Assembly (NCBI GenBank): GCA_039931615.1
Contig: JBDTRR010000001.1
Span: forward strand, 214,210 to 278,209
Length of the DNA: 64,000 bases
Direction of reading: 5' to 3'
From: Acidobacteriota bacterium
GTDB lineage: Bacteria > Acidobacteriota > Vicinamibacteria > Vicinamibacterales > CAVVIG01
The notes under the pieces are model-generated. The model saw only the letters and a program-made list of their open reading frames with translations. It had not been told where the DNA came from and did no database searches. The first letter of the stretch is position 1, and every line of letters begins with the position of its first letter. This document shows, piece by piece, positions 18,997-30,200 of the stretch. A program made the translations under genes and the position numbers.

Positions 18997-19959
18997 TCAC
19001 TGTCGAGGCGGCAGCGATCCGAGATATGCGGCGAGCGCGATGACATCGTCCTCTGACAGCTTCGCGACCACCTTCTTCATCAGCGCCGCGTTGATCCCCG
19101 CGCTGGTGCCGTTCTGCATCTGAAGGAGCTGCCGCGCAATGTAGACCGGCTGCAGGCCGGCGATTCGCGGCACCTCGCCGAGCCCTGTCAACGCCTCGCC
19201 GTGACAGATCGCGCACTGGATCGTCTTTCCCGAATCGCCCGACCGCGCCAGCGCCTTGCCGCGCGCAATGCTCCCAGGCGGCACGTAGGCGGCGAAGCCG
19301 GAATGCGGGTTCCGAATCGTCGTCTGCATGGGATCGTCCGGGATCTGGATGATGCGACGGCCGATCGGCTCCGTGGCGCCGTCCGGCACGATCCGGCGAT
19401 GCCGCGCGTCGGCGCTGACGTAGGTCTTCGGCGGCGTCGCGGTCTCGATCACCTTCACGAACACATTCGGTTTGATCGCGGCGAAGTACTCCGCCGCCTG
19501 CCGAACGTCCTCGTCTGACACCGTGCGAGCAATCGGCCCCATGCGCGCCTCTTCCTGGCGCGCGCCGCTCTTGAAGTAATTCATCTGCCGAAGGATGTAT
19601 TCGACCGGCATCCCCGCGATGTCGGCTGATTCCGGATGCCCCTGTCCCGACATCAGGTGGCACGAGCCGCAGGCGTTCGGCATCGGACCCTTCACGCTCT
19701 TGGGCGGTTCAGGATGTTCGTCGGGGAACCAGTCGGGGGGATTCGCGTTGCCGGCAATCGCCGACGCCTCGTACTCCTTCGCACTGCCCGGGACACGAAC
19801 CAGCGCTGGAACCTTCGGCTCGGGCGGCTGCACCTTGTCGGGGATGTTGTAGGCCCATTCGGGCAGCCCGTTCGGGATCGTCGTCGGGGTGGGATTCTGG
19901 GCGGCAGCTGCAGCCACGACCAGCGAGACGAACAGCGGGACGCAGATCGAGTTGCGCAT
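18997..19959 (-). CDS. Di-heme cytochrome c (c4-like), exported
   Basis: Signal peptide MRNSICVPLFVSLVVAAAAAQ. Two CxxCH motifs (CGSCH, CAICH). 320 aa. Confidence 0.8.
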   Translation of the reverse strand: MRNSICVPLFVSLVVAAAAAQNPTPTTIPNGLPEWAYNIPDKVQPPEPKVPALVRVPGSAKEYEASAIAGNANPPDWFPDEHPEPPKSVKGPMPNACGSCHLMSGQGHPESADIAGMPVEYILRQMNYFKSGARQEEARMGPIARTVSDEDVRQAAEYFAAIKPNVFVKVIETATPPKTYVSADARHRRIVPDGATEPIGRRIIQIPDDPMQTTIRNPHSGFAAYVPPGSIARGKALARSGDSGKTIQCAICHGEALTGLGEVPRIAGLQPVYIARQLLQMQNGTSAGINAALMKKVVAKLSEDDVIALAAYLGSLPPRQ

Positions 19960-20234
19960 CGGTCCTCCGCAGCCGGAGCTTAGGAGGTCCGGCGACGCCC
20001 GTCAAAGGAATAATCTCGCTCGCCGTCTTGCCGGAATCCCCCGTTCCGGCGACGAAAGTCTCCGAATCGAGGACCAATCGCCATCGACTTGACGCCGCGG
20101 CCCGGTCCAACGTCATTCCCTTGCGGCACCACTGTTGCTCGGCTCACGGTTGTTCCCCGCGCGGGACCATACCTGTGCCTCGTCCAATCGCTACCGGCGC
20201 CGCGTTCCTCATTCAGAAGTCGATCGACGCTGTC

Positions 20235-21605
20235 GTGGGACCGCGGCGATGGGCTGTCGCCGTGCTCGCCGGCCTGATCGCCGGTTGCGGTGGCGACGCC
20301 ACGACCAGCGTCGTCGCCATCGTGCCGCCGTCGTCAGTGTGTGGCGTGACGCTTCCGACGCGATCGGTGAGCATCGATGCCGATGCGGCCGACGGGCAGC
20401 TGACCCTGGGCATGAATCGGGAATGTCAGTGGACGGCCACGTCCGACGCGGACTGGATGGGTGTGAGTCCGCCGAGTGGCCAGGGCGATTCCTCACTTTC
20501 CTACTCGGTGACCGCCAACGCTGCCATCACCGCGCGCCGTGCTGTCATCGCCATCAACGATCAGCGCGTCGAGCTGACGCAAGCCGGGGCGCCGTGCAGA
20601 TTTTCCTTGAGCACGACGACCGCGTCCGTCGATCCACGCGGGGGACGGCTCACGGTATCGGTGACGGCGCAGGCCGGGTGTGCCTGGACGGCCGCCAGCC
20701 AGGTGAGCTGGATCACCATTCTGGAGGGCGCGTCGGCTCAGAGCGGAAACGGTACGCGGACACTGAGCGTCGACGCAAACGGAACGACGTCGAGAAGCGG
20801 CACCGTGACGATCGCCAATCAGGTGGTCACCATCTCGCAGGACGCCCTCCCGGCCCCGGTTCCCACCTGCGTGCTGACACTGTCGGCGTCCAGCCGGGGA
20901 GTGGGATCGGCAGGCGGGGACGGAACCGTCGCCGTGAGCGGTGCGGCGGGTTGCCAGTGGAGCGCCGTCAGCAACACGTCTTGGATCGCGATCACCGCAG
21001 GTTCGCCTGGCATCGGGGCCGGAGCCGTGCAATACAGGGTCGCCGCCAACCCCGACGCTCTACCGCGTTCGGGCACGATCGTCGTGGCAGGCCAGGGACT
21101 CACCGTCAGTCAAGACGCGGCGACACCGTCGCCGGGTCCGTGCGCGTTCTCTGTGTCGCCGACGAGTGCGACGATTCCGGCGGCCGGTATGTCGGGCACG
21201 ATCACCGTCACGGCGTCGGCCCCCACCTGCACATGGACGGGGTCAAGTGCCGCCGGGTGGCTGATCATCAGCGCGGGCGCGAGCGGAACGGGCAGCGGGA
21301 CGACCACTTACGTCGTCGCCGCGAACACCACGACCTCGCCCCGCACCGGAACGCTGACCATCGCCGCACGCACCGTCAGCGTCACACAACCGGGACAACC
21401 CCTGTCACTGACCGGAAAGGTATCCGGTAAGACCGGTCAGTGCCCAACTCTCACTTTCACGGTCGATGACCGCACCATCAGGACCAATGGACAGACCTCC
21501 TTCCTGCTCCCGTGCGGGGCGCTGTCAAACAAGGACAAGGTCGCCATCACCGGCCTGCGGCAGCCGGACGGCTCGGTCCTCGCATTGACCGTGCGGGCGG
21601 ACTGA
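20235..21605 (+). CDS. Lipoprotein with tandem BACON-like repeats
   Basis: Likely GTG start. Lipobox LAGLIAGCGG. Around five repeats of CxWTA.S...W..I......G.G....Y.V.AN (BACON-like). Confidence 0.65.
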   Translation: MGPRRWAVAVLAGLIAGCGGDATTSVVAIVPPSSVCGVTLPTRSVSIDADAADGQLTLGMNRECQWTATSDADWMGVSPPSGQGDSSLSYSVTANAAITARRAVIAINDQRVELTQAGAPCRFSLSTTTASVDPRGGRLTVSVTAQAGCAWTAASQVSWITILEGASAQSGNGTRTLSVDANGTTSRSGTVTIANQVVTISQDALPAPVPTCVLTLSASSRGVGSAGGDGTVAVSGAAGCQWSAVSNTSWIAITAGSPGIGAGAVQYRVAANPDALPRSGTIVVAGQGLTVSQDAATPSPGPCAFSVSPTSATIPAAGMSGTITVTASAPTCTWTGSSAAGWLIISAGASGTGSGTTTYVVAANTTTSPRTGTLTIAARTVSVTQPGQPLSLTGKVSGKTGQCPTLTFTVDDRTIRTNGQTSFLLPCGALSNKDKVAITGLRQPDGSVLALTVRAD

Positions 21606-22568
21606 GGACGCCCGCTCGCAGGCGATGTCCTTGCCATAGAGCCCGGCCCGCGCCGTCTGGATGGCCGCGGCGTTCAGATCGCTGGCGAACACCTGCGCGG
21701 GCACAGGCACATCGAGCGTGTCCAGGTGCTCTCTCAGGGCGATGGCGAGGGAGTACGCTTCCTGTCCGGTTGAACACCCGAGCACCCAGATGCGGATCGG
21801 GTCGCGGCTGCTCCGGTCCCGCGGTACGAGGGCGGGAATAATCTTGCTCTTGAGGTGGTCGAAGGCCTCGGGATTGCGGAAGAAGGTCGTCACCCCAATC
21901 AGCAGGTCCTGATGGAGCGCGGTCACCTCTCCTGGTGCCTTGAGCAGCAGGTCCGCGTATTCCGTCAGGCTTGGCGTCTTCCGCACCATCATGCGCCGCG
22001 TAATGCGCCGCTGCAGCGTGTTCGCCTTGTACTGGGTGAAATCGACGCCGGTGGCGTCCCGGACGACGTGCAGCACGTGCCGGATGTCATCCGTCATGTC
22101 CGTACCCCCCGGGTTCAAGGCCGGGAGGCGGACGTGTCGAGCAATCCGGACGAGCTCCTGGGCGATCTCGTGTGGGGGGAGCACGAAATCGACCGCGCCC
22201 TCGGCGATCGCGCTGTGCGGCATGCCCGTCTGCTGGGCCGTGTCGTCCTGGGCGAACGTGATGCCGCCTTCGGCCTTGATGGCGCGCAATCCCAACGTGC
22301 CATCGCTCGCCGTGCCGGACAGAATCACGCCGATCGCGCGGTGTGTCTGATCTTCGGCCAGCGACCGAAGAAACCGGTCGACCGACCGATGCAGGGATTG
22401 AGGGTCCCGTGGTCGGAGATGCAAGGTGCCGAGCTTTCGACACGGCCTTCGCCCGTGAGCACTTTGCGCTCGAAGGCGCGCGGCGCCATTCGCTCGGAGG
22501 TTGAACGCGCGTCCTCGTTGATCGCGCTGCAACCTCACATCGAGAAACCGTCGCCACCGGCTGACCAC
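21525..22568 (-). pseudogene. Fragment of a CheB-methylesterase/CheR-methyltransferase fusion gene (both domains incomplete)
   Basis: The C-terminal half of the CheB catalytic domain is present (RSVDRFLRSLAE...AIGVILSGTASDG...GITFAQDDTAQQTGMPHSAI), followed by CheR_N and the start of the CheR SAM-binding domain (IRIWVLGCSTGQEAYSLAIAL...VFASDLNAAAIQTARAGLYG). Homology then stops. The 3' end overlaps the BACON lipoprotein gene by ~80 bp on the opposite strand. Confidence 0.45.
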
Positions 22569-22576
22569 CGCTCACG

Positions 22577-24205
22577 CTATTTCGATAACCGGTGTGCTCC
22601 ATCGACCGCGATGGTCCTCGCTTCGCCGGTGTAGTCCACCGCGCTCCTATCGAGATGCGGTTGGTACTCGGACCACCATTCCCGCGCGCTGGCGCCGTCC
22701 CAGGGCTCCACCGGACACGCTTCGACCCGGCGCCGGAGTTCCGCGGCACTCTGGGGCCGGCGGTTCGGATCCTTGCTGAGACACGCGAGCACGATCGCTT
22801 CGAGCTCTGCCGGAACGGCGATCCCACGCGCCGACAGCGGCGCCGGCTCCTGGTGGAGATGCTGGCCGCACACCTCGACCGTCGACTTCCCGTCGAAGAC
22901 ATCCTGCCCGGCGAGCAGGTGGTAGGCAACCGCCCCCAGGGCGTAAATGTCAGTCCGGACATCGACCGCGTCCGGCTGCAGGATGGACTCTGGCGCCATA
23001 TACATGGGTGTGCCAACGACCGTACTCGCACCGGTCAAGTTGATCTTTCGATCGACCTCAAATTCCTTGACCAGGCCGAAGTCGAGCAGCTTGACGACGT
23101 CGCGCTCCCCGCCTTGCGTGCACAGCATGATGTTGGCCGGCTTGATGTCGCGATGGATCAAGCCGATGGCATGGGCTTCCGTCAGTGCGCCGCAGACCAT
23201 CGACAAGACCCGCACCACCCTGCCTGCCGGCTGCGCGCCAGCGACCGCGACGATCCGCTGCAGGGTGGCGCCGTCGAGGAGCTCCATCGCGTAGTAAAAG
23301 ACGCCGTCGTCGGTTCGCCCGTAGTCGAAGATCGTGATGGTGTTGGGGTGGGTGAGACGCGCGGTCAGCTGGACTTCGCGCTCGAAGCGCTGGAGGTTGA
23401 CCTCGCCGGCCCGATCCGCCCGCAGCAGTTTGATCGCCGAGGGGCGCCGCATCATGCCGTGGCGGGCCCGGTAGACCTCCCCCATGCCCCCTTCGCCGAG
23501 CTTGGCTTCGAGCACGTACTGGCCGAATCGGCGCGCCGCACGAATTTCGGCCCGGAGGCCGTAGATGACCCACGAGATGACGGCACACGCGATGACGGCG
23601 AACCCCCACAGCATGGCGGCGTTGGCAGCCAGCCAGGAATAGGCGCCCCAGTCGAGCGCGCGCCACGCGAGCCGACCAGCGGGGGAGCGGACCATGAGGG
23701 TCGACACCAGAATCAGCGGGGCGCCGACCATGGCCGTGACGACGGTGGTGCGGCGAGGAGAAGACGGGATCAGGGCGGCGCGAATCGCGACGATCATCGC
23801 GGTTCCCCCCAGTTCCATCATCGCCACGTAACCGTCGGCCATGATGGCGCCTTCTGCGCTGACGACCGAATAGTCGCGGATGAACGCGGCCACGAGGTAG
23901 CGCCCAAGGAAGGCGCCCATGATCGCACTGGCCACCATCCCGCCCCCGTCCACGAGACGAGAGAACCGGATCGACCGCTCCGGCCCGCGGCACAGCCACC
24001 AGAAAATGCCGGCCAGGGCGGCCTCACCCAGACTGAAGAACAGGTCTGCGCCGGGGTCAACCATCGCCCCGAGGGCGCCGAGGCCACTGCCCAACAGAAG
24101 AATGAAGAACTTCACCTTCCAGAAGAGCGCCAGCCGGCTCTGAAGAAAGGCGCGGCCCTCCTCGCTGTTGTCGCTGAGCGACGATGGCCTCTGACTCGCC
24201 ATCAT
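22577..24205 (-). CDS. Membrane-anchored Hanks-type Ser/Thr protein kinase
   Basis: Multi-TM N-terminus, then the kinase domain: LGEGGMGEVYRA, AIKLL, HRDIKPANIML, DFGLVK, GTPMYMAPE. Confidence 0.8.
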   Translation of the reverse strand: MMASQRPSSLSDNSEEGRAFLQSRLALFWKVKFFILLLGSGLGALGAMVDPGADLFFSLGEAALAGIFWWLCRGPERSIRFSRLVDGGGMVASAIMGAFLGRYLVAAFIRDYSVVSAEGAIMADGYVAMMELGGTAMIVAIRAALIPSSPRRTTVVTAMVGAPLILVSTLMVRSPAGRLAWRALDWGAYSWLAANAAMLWGFAVIACAVISWVIYGLRAEIRAARRFGQYVLEAKLGEGGMGEVYRARHGMMRRPSAIKLLRADRAGEVNLQRFEREVQLTARLTHPNTITIFDYGRTDDGVFYYAMELLDGATLQRIVAVAGAQPAGRVVRVLSMVCGALTEAHAIGLIHRDIKPANIMLCTQGGERDVVKLLDFGLVKEFEVDRKINLTGASTVVGTPMYMAPESILQPDAVDVRTDIYALGAVAYHLLAGQDVFDGKSTVEVCGQHLHQEPAPLSARGIAVPAELEAIVLACLSKDPNRRPQSAAELRRRVEACPVEPWDGASAREWWSEYQPHLDRSAVDYTGEARTIAVDGAHRLSK

Positions 24206-24396
24206 TCGCGAGTGATAGCGAGCCTGATTTCCGCCCGGGTGACTCGCCGCGGGTGCGTCATCTCCGGTCGGCCATGGCCATCGGAACTGCAAGCCGCGCG
24301 ACACGGGCAAGCCACGAGCGGCACAGCACGGAGCGTATCATCCCTCGTTGCCGCGACGCGTCTCCGGACCGCCTCTTCAGACAGCTCGACGTCAGC

Positions 24397-25959
24397 TCAA
24401 GCGTGCGATGTGCGAGAGGTGCGGTCTCGATGGACGGGCCGCGAAATCGCCAGGCTGCCAAATGCGACGGCCAGCGCGACACCAACCAGCGCCGCCGCGA
24501 CGGCGAACGTGACCCGCATGCCGATGGCGACGGCCTCAGGGCGTGCCGTCGTGACGTCGGCGGCGCGCGAGGCGAGTGCGAAGACGGCGCCCATCAGCGA
24601 GGCGCCGGTGATGAGGCCGAGATTCCTCGACAGGGTGAGCAGTCCGGAGATGACGCCACGCTGGTCCGGGGAGACATCCGCCATGACGGCGGTGTTGTTG
24701 GCCGCCTGGAACAGCGCATAGCCGGCGGTGGTGATGACGGCGGGGAGCACATAGCCGGTGATGCCAGGCGTCGCCGGCGCCATGCTGAGAGCCGAGCACC
24801 CGACCACCATCCCGACGAGGCCGCTGATGGTCACGCGTGGCGCACCGACGCGGTCCACGATGCGGCCGCCGGGGACACCCGTGAGCGCCGCCGTCACCGG
24901 CCCGACGGACATGACGATGCCAACCAGAACCGTGTCGAGGCCCATGGCACGGGCGAGATAGAACGGCCCGACCACCAGCGTCGCCATCATCACCGTCGAG
25001 ACGAGCGCACTCATGGCGAGACTCGCGCTCAGCGCCGGATCGCGAAACCTCGTCAATCGGATCACCGGTGACGCGGCTCTCGCTTCAGCCCAGACGAAGA
25101 GTCCGGCACCGAGTGCCGCCGCCGCGAGCAGGGCCAGGTTGACGACGCCGAACCTGCCGCGCCCGATCGTCATGGCGAGCGCATACGCCGCCAGCGTCAG
25201 CGCCAGCAGCAGCGTTCCCACGTGGTCAAAGCCGGCCTGGTCCGCCTTCGCCGGTCGCCGCTCAGCGGGCAGCGAGCGTTGCGCGAGTACAAGGGCCAGG
25301 ACGCCCAGCGGCACGTTGACGAAGAAGATCGCCGGCCAGCCGACGCTGGCGATCAGCATGCCGCCGAGCGAGGGACCGAGCGCGGTGCCGACCGCGGACA
25401 TGGTGCCGAGCAGCCCCATGGCGCTCCCGGTCTGCTGCTTCGGCACGGCCTCGCCCGCCAACGCCATGGCGAGCGCCATCATGATGGCCGCTCCGAGGCC
25501 CTGCACGGCCCGCGCCGCGATCAACAGCCACAGCCTTGACGCGACGCCACACAGGCCGGAGGCCGCCGTGAACAGAACGATACCCGCCAGCAACAAGCGC
25601 CGACGGCCCGCGATGTCGCCGAGCCGTCCGACGGTGACGATCACCGTCGTGGTCGCCAGCAGGTATCCGAGCACGACCCACTGGACCTGCTGAAACGAGG
25701 CGTTCAACGCGTGCGCCAATGTCGGCAAGGCGACATTGGCGACGCTGGTCCCCAGAGAGGGCAGCAACATGCACAGCGACAGGCTGGCCAGGACCCACCC
25801 GACCGACGGCCCCCGTTCCACAGGTCCAGCCACCGCCGCATCGTGTCTCGAAACCCTCACAGCCACCTCCTGGTCTGCACTCCAGAAATCGAACTGTGAC
25901 GACGATAGGGTGTGGCGTGACGGAGCGGAAGGCGCCTCATCTGCACTGAATTCGTGCAC
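24397..25959 (-). CDS. MFS transporter, DHA2-like (14 TMS) efflux pump
   Basis: Hydrophobicity pattern and motifs (GRLGDIAGRRRLLLAGIVLF; LGPSLGGMLI). The start may be internal to the called ORF. Confidence 0.8.
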   Translation of the reverse strand: MHEFSADEAPSAPSRHTLSSSQFDFWSADQEVAVRVSRHDAAVAGPVERGPSVGWVLASLSLCMLLPSLGTSVANVALPTLAHALNASFQQVQWVVLGYLLATTTVIVTVGRLGDIAGRRRLLLAGIVLFTAASGLCGVASRLWLLIAARAVQGLGAAIMMALAMALAGEAVPKQQTGSAMGLLGTMSAVGTALGPSLGGMLIASVGWPAIFFVNVPLGVLALVLAQRSLPAERRPAKADQAGFDHVGTLLLALTLAAYALAMTIGRGRFGVVNLALLAAAALGAGLFVWAEARAASPVIRLTRFRDPALSASLAMSALVSTVMMATLVVGPFYLARAMGLDTVLVGIVMSVGPVTAALTGVPGGRIVDRVGAPRVTISGLVGMVVGCSALSMAPATPGITGYVLPAVITTAGYALFQAANNTAVMADVSPDQRGVISGLLTLSRNLGLITGASLMGAVFALASRAADVTTARPEAVAIGMRVTFAVAAALVGVALAVAFGSLAISRPVHRDRTSRTSHA

Positions 25960-25996
25960 GCGACGCCCGATCAGGAATTACGCTTGGAACGAGGCC

Positions 25997-26923
25997 ATGG
26001 CCAGACCCGATCTCAATCTGCTGTTCACGCTTGACGTGTTGCTTGCGGAAGGCAGCGTGGCCCGCGCCGCCCGCCGCCTGCGGCTCAGTCCGTCGGCCAT
26101 GAGCCGGGCGCTGGGGCGACTGCGTGAGGCCACCGGCGATCCTTTGCTGGTGAGGGCCGGGCGCGGTCTGGTTCCCTCACCGCGAGCGCTCGAACTGCGT
26201 GGGCGCATCAGTCAGCTCGTGCATGACGCCGAAGCCGCGTTGCGCCCCGCCGACACGATCAACCTCAAGCGGCTCGATCGCATGTTCACCGTGCGGGCCA
26301 GCGAGGGCTTCGTGGAGAACTTCGGAGCCGCGCTCCTGGCTCGGGTTCGTGGGGAGGGCCCCGGCGTTCGACTGCGCTTCCTGCACAAGCTTGACAAGGA
26401 CAGCGGCCCGCTCCGCGACGGATCCGTCGATCTGGAAACGGGCGTGGTGGAGAGGACCACCGGCCCGGAAGTGCGCGCGCAGGCGTTGTTTCGAGATCGC
26501 TACGTCGGCGTCGTGCGAATGGGCCACCCACTGAGCGAAGGCGACATCACCCCCTTCCGCTATGCCGCGGCAGGGCACATCCATATCTCGCGCCGCGACA
26601 ACGACCACGGGCCCATCGACGGCGCCCTGGCAGGGTTCGGACTGAAACGTGAGATCGTCACCATCGTCGGCGGTTTCTCGGCGGCGCTGGCTTTGGCTCG
26701 GGCCTCCGACCTTGTCGCCAGCGTGCCCGAACGGCACACCGGCAATCTGTGTGCCGGGATGTTCAGCTTCGCGCTTCCCCTGCCCATTCCGCAGTTCATG
26801 GTGTCATTGTTGTGGCATCCGCGGCTGGATGGGGATCCCGCGCATCGGTGGCTTCGTGGATGTGTTCGAGATGCCTGCGCCGAGCAACTCCGCGATCAGC
26901 CCATACACGGCGGATCATCGTGA
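25997..26923 (+). CDS. LysR-family transcriptional regulator
   Basis: ATG 25997. HTH LNLLFTLDVLLAEGSVARAARRLRLSPSAMSRALGRLRE plus a LysR substrate-binding domain. Divergent from the MFS gene. Confidence 0.85.
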   Translation: MARPDLNLLFTLDVLLAEGSVARAARRLRLSPSAMSRALGRLREATGDPLLVRAGRGLVPSPRALELRGRISQLVHDAEAALRPADTINLKRLDRMFTVRASEGFVENFGAALLARVRGEGPGVRLRFLHKLDKDSGPLRDGSVDLETGVVERTTGPEVRAQALFRDRYVGVVRMGHPLSEGDITPFRYAAAGHIHISRRDNDHGPIDGALAGFGLKREIVTIVGGFSAALALARASDLVASVPERHTGNLCAGMFSFALPLPIPQFMVSLLWHPRLDGDPAHRWLRGCVRDACAEQLRDQPIHGGSS

Positions 26924-27221
26924 CCGTTGGTGGAGACGGCGAGCCGTCAACCGGCCCATCAAGGTGTCAGGCGCAGCCAGTCCCGCACACGGCGAGGTAC
27001 TCGCCCCGAGTCGCCCCGCAGGGTGGCAGTCGATGTGCTAGCCATCCACCGCTTGTGGATATTGGGCAGTCATCAACCCGTGGTGTGCCGATCGTGTGTG
27101 CCCTGAGTGCTGGCGGGCCGCCTGCGTCGCCGGATATGGTAAGCGTCGCCACACCACGTCACCTTCAGGCGTCTTCGTGAACGGTACACCGTCGAGCGAT
27201 CTGTTTTCGGTCGAGGGGGAG

Positions 27222-30200
27222 ATGGCCGCCTTGATGGCGGCCACGGACTGGGCGAACACCCCGCTGGGCGCCGTCGACAAATGGCCACAGAGCCTTCGGA
27301 CGATGGTGGGGGTCCTCCTGACATCCCGATTCGCGATGTGGATGGGCTGGGGAGCTGACCTGACGTTCTTTTACAACGATGCCTACCGGGCGCAGACGCT
27401 GGGCGCCAAGCACCCCTGGGCGCTCGGCCGCCCCTCACGCGAGGTGTGGGCGGAGATTTGGCCGGACATCGGGCCGCGCATCGATCGGGTGCTGACGACG
27501 GGCCACGCGACCTGGGATGACAGGCTGCTGCTCTTTCTGGAGCGAAGCGGCTACCGGGAAGAAACCTACCACACCTTTTCCTACAGCCCGGCAACCGACG
27601 ACCACGGCAGGATTTGCGGCAACTTGTGTGTGGTGACCGAGGAGACGGCGCGTGTGCTCGGCGAGCGCCGCATGGCCTTGCTGCGCGACACGGCCCTCGC
27701 GGTCGCGACCACGATGACCGAACACGAACTGTTTGCGGCCATCGAAGGGACGTTGACCGATGCGAAAGATCTCCCGTTTACGCTGACCTATCTGTTCGAT
27801 GCGGCCGACGCGCACGCGCACCTGACCTGCCGCACCGGCCTCGCCGCCGATCATCCGGCCGCGATCGCGACGGTCGACATGCGGTCGGCCGATGCCCTCT
27901 GGCGCCTCGGCGACGCCGACGGGATGATCGTGGAGCTGGCCGAGCGGTTCCCGGATCTCCCGACCGGACCGTGGCCGCACCCCCCCACGCAGGCGTTCGT
28001 CCTCGCCATCCCGCAGCAAGGCCAGAAGCGCGCGGCTGGTCTGTTCGTGGCGGCCCTGAACCCGTTTCGACCGCTCGACGACGCCTACCGCAGCTTCGTG
28101 AATTTATTCGTCGGTCAGATTGCCGCCGGGTTGGCCAACGTGCATGCCTATGAGGCCGAACGCCGGCGTGCCGAAGCGCTGGCGGAAATCGATCGCGTGA
28201 AGACGACCTTCTTCAGCAATGTCAGCCACGAGTTCCGCACCCCGTTGACGCTAATCCTCGGCCTCCTGGACGAGCTCAGGCGGGCGGGCGATGCCATCCC
28301 GGGTGAGATGCACGACCAGCTGGATATCGCGCACCGCAACGGCCAGCGTCTCCTGAAACTGGTCAACACCCTGCTCGACTTCTCGCGGATCGAGGCGGGC
28401 CGCGTGCGCGCGCGGTTCGAGGCGCTCGACCTGTGTGCCCTGACCGCCGATCTGGCGAGTACGTTCCGCTCCGCCATGGACCAGGCGGGACTGACGTTCA
28501 CGATCGACTGTTCACCAATCGCTGAACCGGTCTACGTCGATCGGGAGATGTGGGAAAAGATTGTCCTCAATCTCCTGTCCAACGCCTTCAAGTTCACGCT
28601 GGCCGGCGACGTCGCCGTCACCCTGGTCCAGGAGGATCAGCAGGTGCGGCTGTCCATCCGCGACACGGGCGTCGGCATCCCGGCACACGAAGTGCCGCGT
28701 GTGTTCGAACGGTTTCATCAGGTCGACGGGGCCCGCGGCCGCAGCCATGAAGGTTCCGGGATCGGCCTCGCCCTCGTGCAGGAGCTGGTGAAGCTGCACG
28801 GCGGCGCGCTGACCGTCGACAGTGCGCTGGGACGAGGCAGTGAGTTCACCGTGTCGATTCCCCTCGGCACGACCCACCTGCCGGCCGACCATCTGGCGCT
28901 CGCCACGCCAGAACGCCGGCCACACGTGACGGCCACCTATGTCGAGGAGGCCTTGCGCTGGCTTCCCGGCGAGGCCGCGCGCACGCGCGACGTCGCGGGC
29001 TCACAAGAGCTCACCGACCGGGTCGCTGGCGGCGCCCCGGCGAACGGCCCCCGGATCCTGCTGGCCGATGACAATGCCGACATGCGGGAGTACGCCCGGC
29101 GGCTGCTCGGGGAGCGGTGGCAGGTGGAAGTGGTCGCCGACGGCCGTCAGGCGCTCGCGGCCGCCCGGGCGCGGCGGCCGGACGTGATTGTGACGGACGT
29201 GATGATGCCCGACCTGGACGGATTCGGGGTGTTGCGGGAGCTCCGGGCGGATGCGGCCCTGCGCACGGTGCCGGTCATTCTGCTCTCCGCGCGAGCTGGC
29301 GAAGACGCCCGCATCGAAGCGCTGGCGGCGTCGGCTGACGACTATCTGGTCAAGCCGTTCTCGGCCCGCGACCTCCTCGCCCGCGTCGACGCGCAGATCG
29401 TCAAGGGGCGGGTTCGCGCCATCGAACAGCGCCACGTGCAGCGCATGGCGCGGCTCTTCGCGCATGCGCCGGTGGCCATCGCCGTCGTATCCGGTCCGAG
29501 ACATGTTTACGAGTTGACCAATCCGCCTTATCGGGAACTGGTCGGCGGGCGCCACGTGGTGGGACACGCGATTGGCGACGCGCGTCCGGCGTTCGCCGAT
29601 CAGGACGTCGCGGCGACGCTGGACCGCGTCCGCGCCTCCGGCGAACCGTTTGTCGGCCAATCGCGGTGCCTGGTGCGTCGCGGCCACGACCGTTGGGACG
29701 AGGAATGTTATTTCGACTACGTCTATCAACCGGTGTTCGCAGACGAGGGCCACGTCGAGACCATCGTGATCATGGCGCACGACGTGACGTCGCTCGCGGC
29801 GGCCAAGCTCGAAGCGGAGACGGCCAACCGGCTCAAGGATGAATTCCTGGCCACCCTGTCCCACGAGTTGCGGACGCCCCTGAACGCCGTCCTGGGCTAT
29901 GCGCAGATGGTACGCGCCGGCGTCATCGCGCCGGAGCGTCTGCCGGCGGTGTTGGCCACCATCGAACGGAACGCCCGCGTGCAGGAGCAGTTGATCAGCG
30001 ACCTGCTCGATGTCTCACACATCATCACGGGTAAATTCCGCGTCGAGCTCCGACCCATGGACGTGACGGAGGCGATTCAGGACGCCCTCGACACCGTCGC
30101 GCCGACGGCCCTGGCCAAGGGTGTCACATTGGACTCGGCCCTCGACCAGACGGCGATGCCGATCGCCGGCGATGCCCGGCGTCTGCAGCAGGTGGTCTGG

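Noticed and set aside
22592-24721. 709-aa plus-strand ORF
   Set aside because: Antisense to the Ser/Thr kinase and MFS genes.
24397-26923. Divergent LysR regulator / MFS efflux pump as something novel
   Set aside because: Classic, widely described arrangement.
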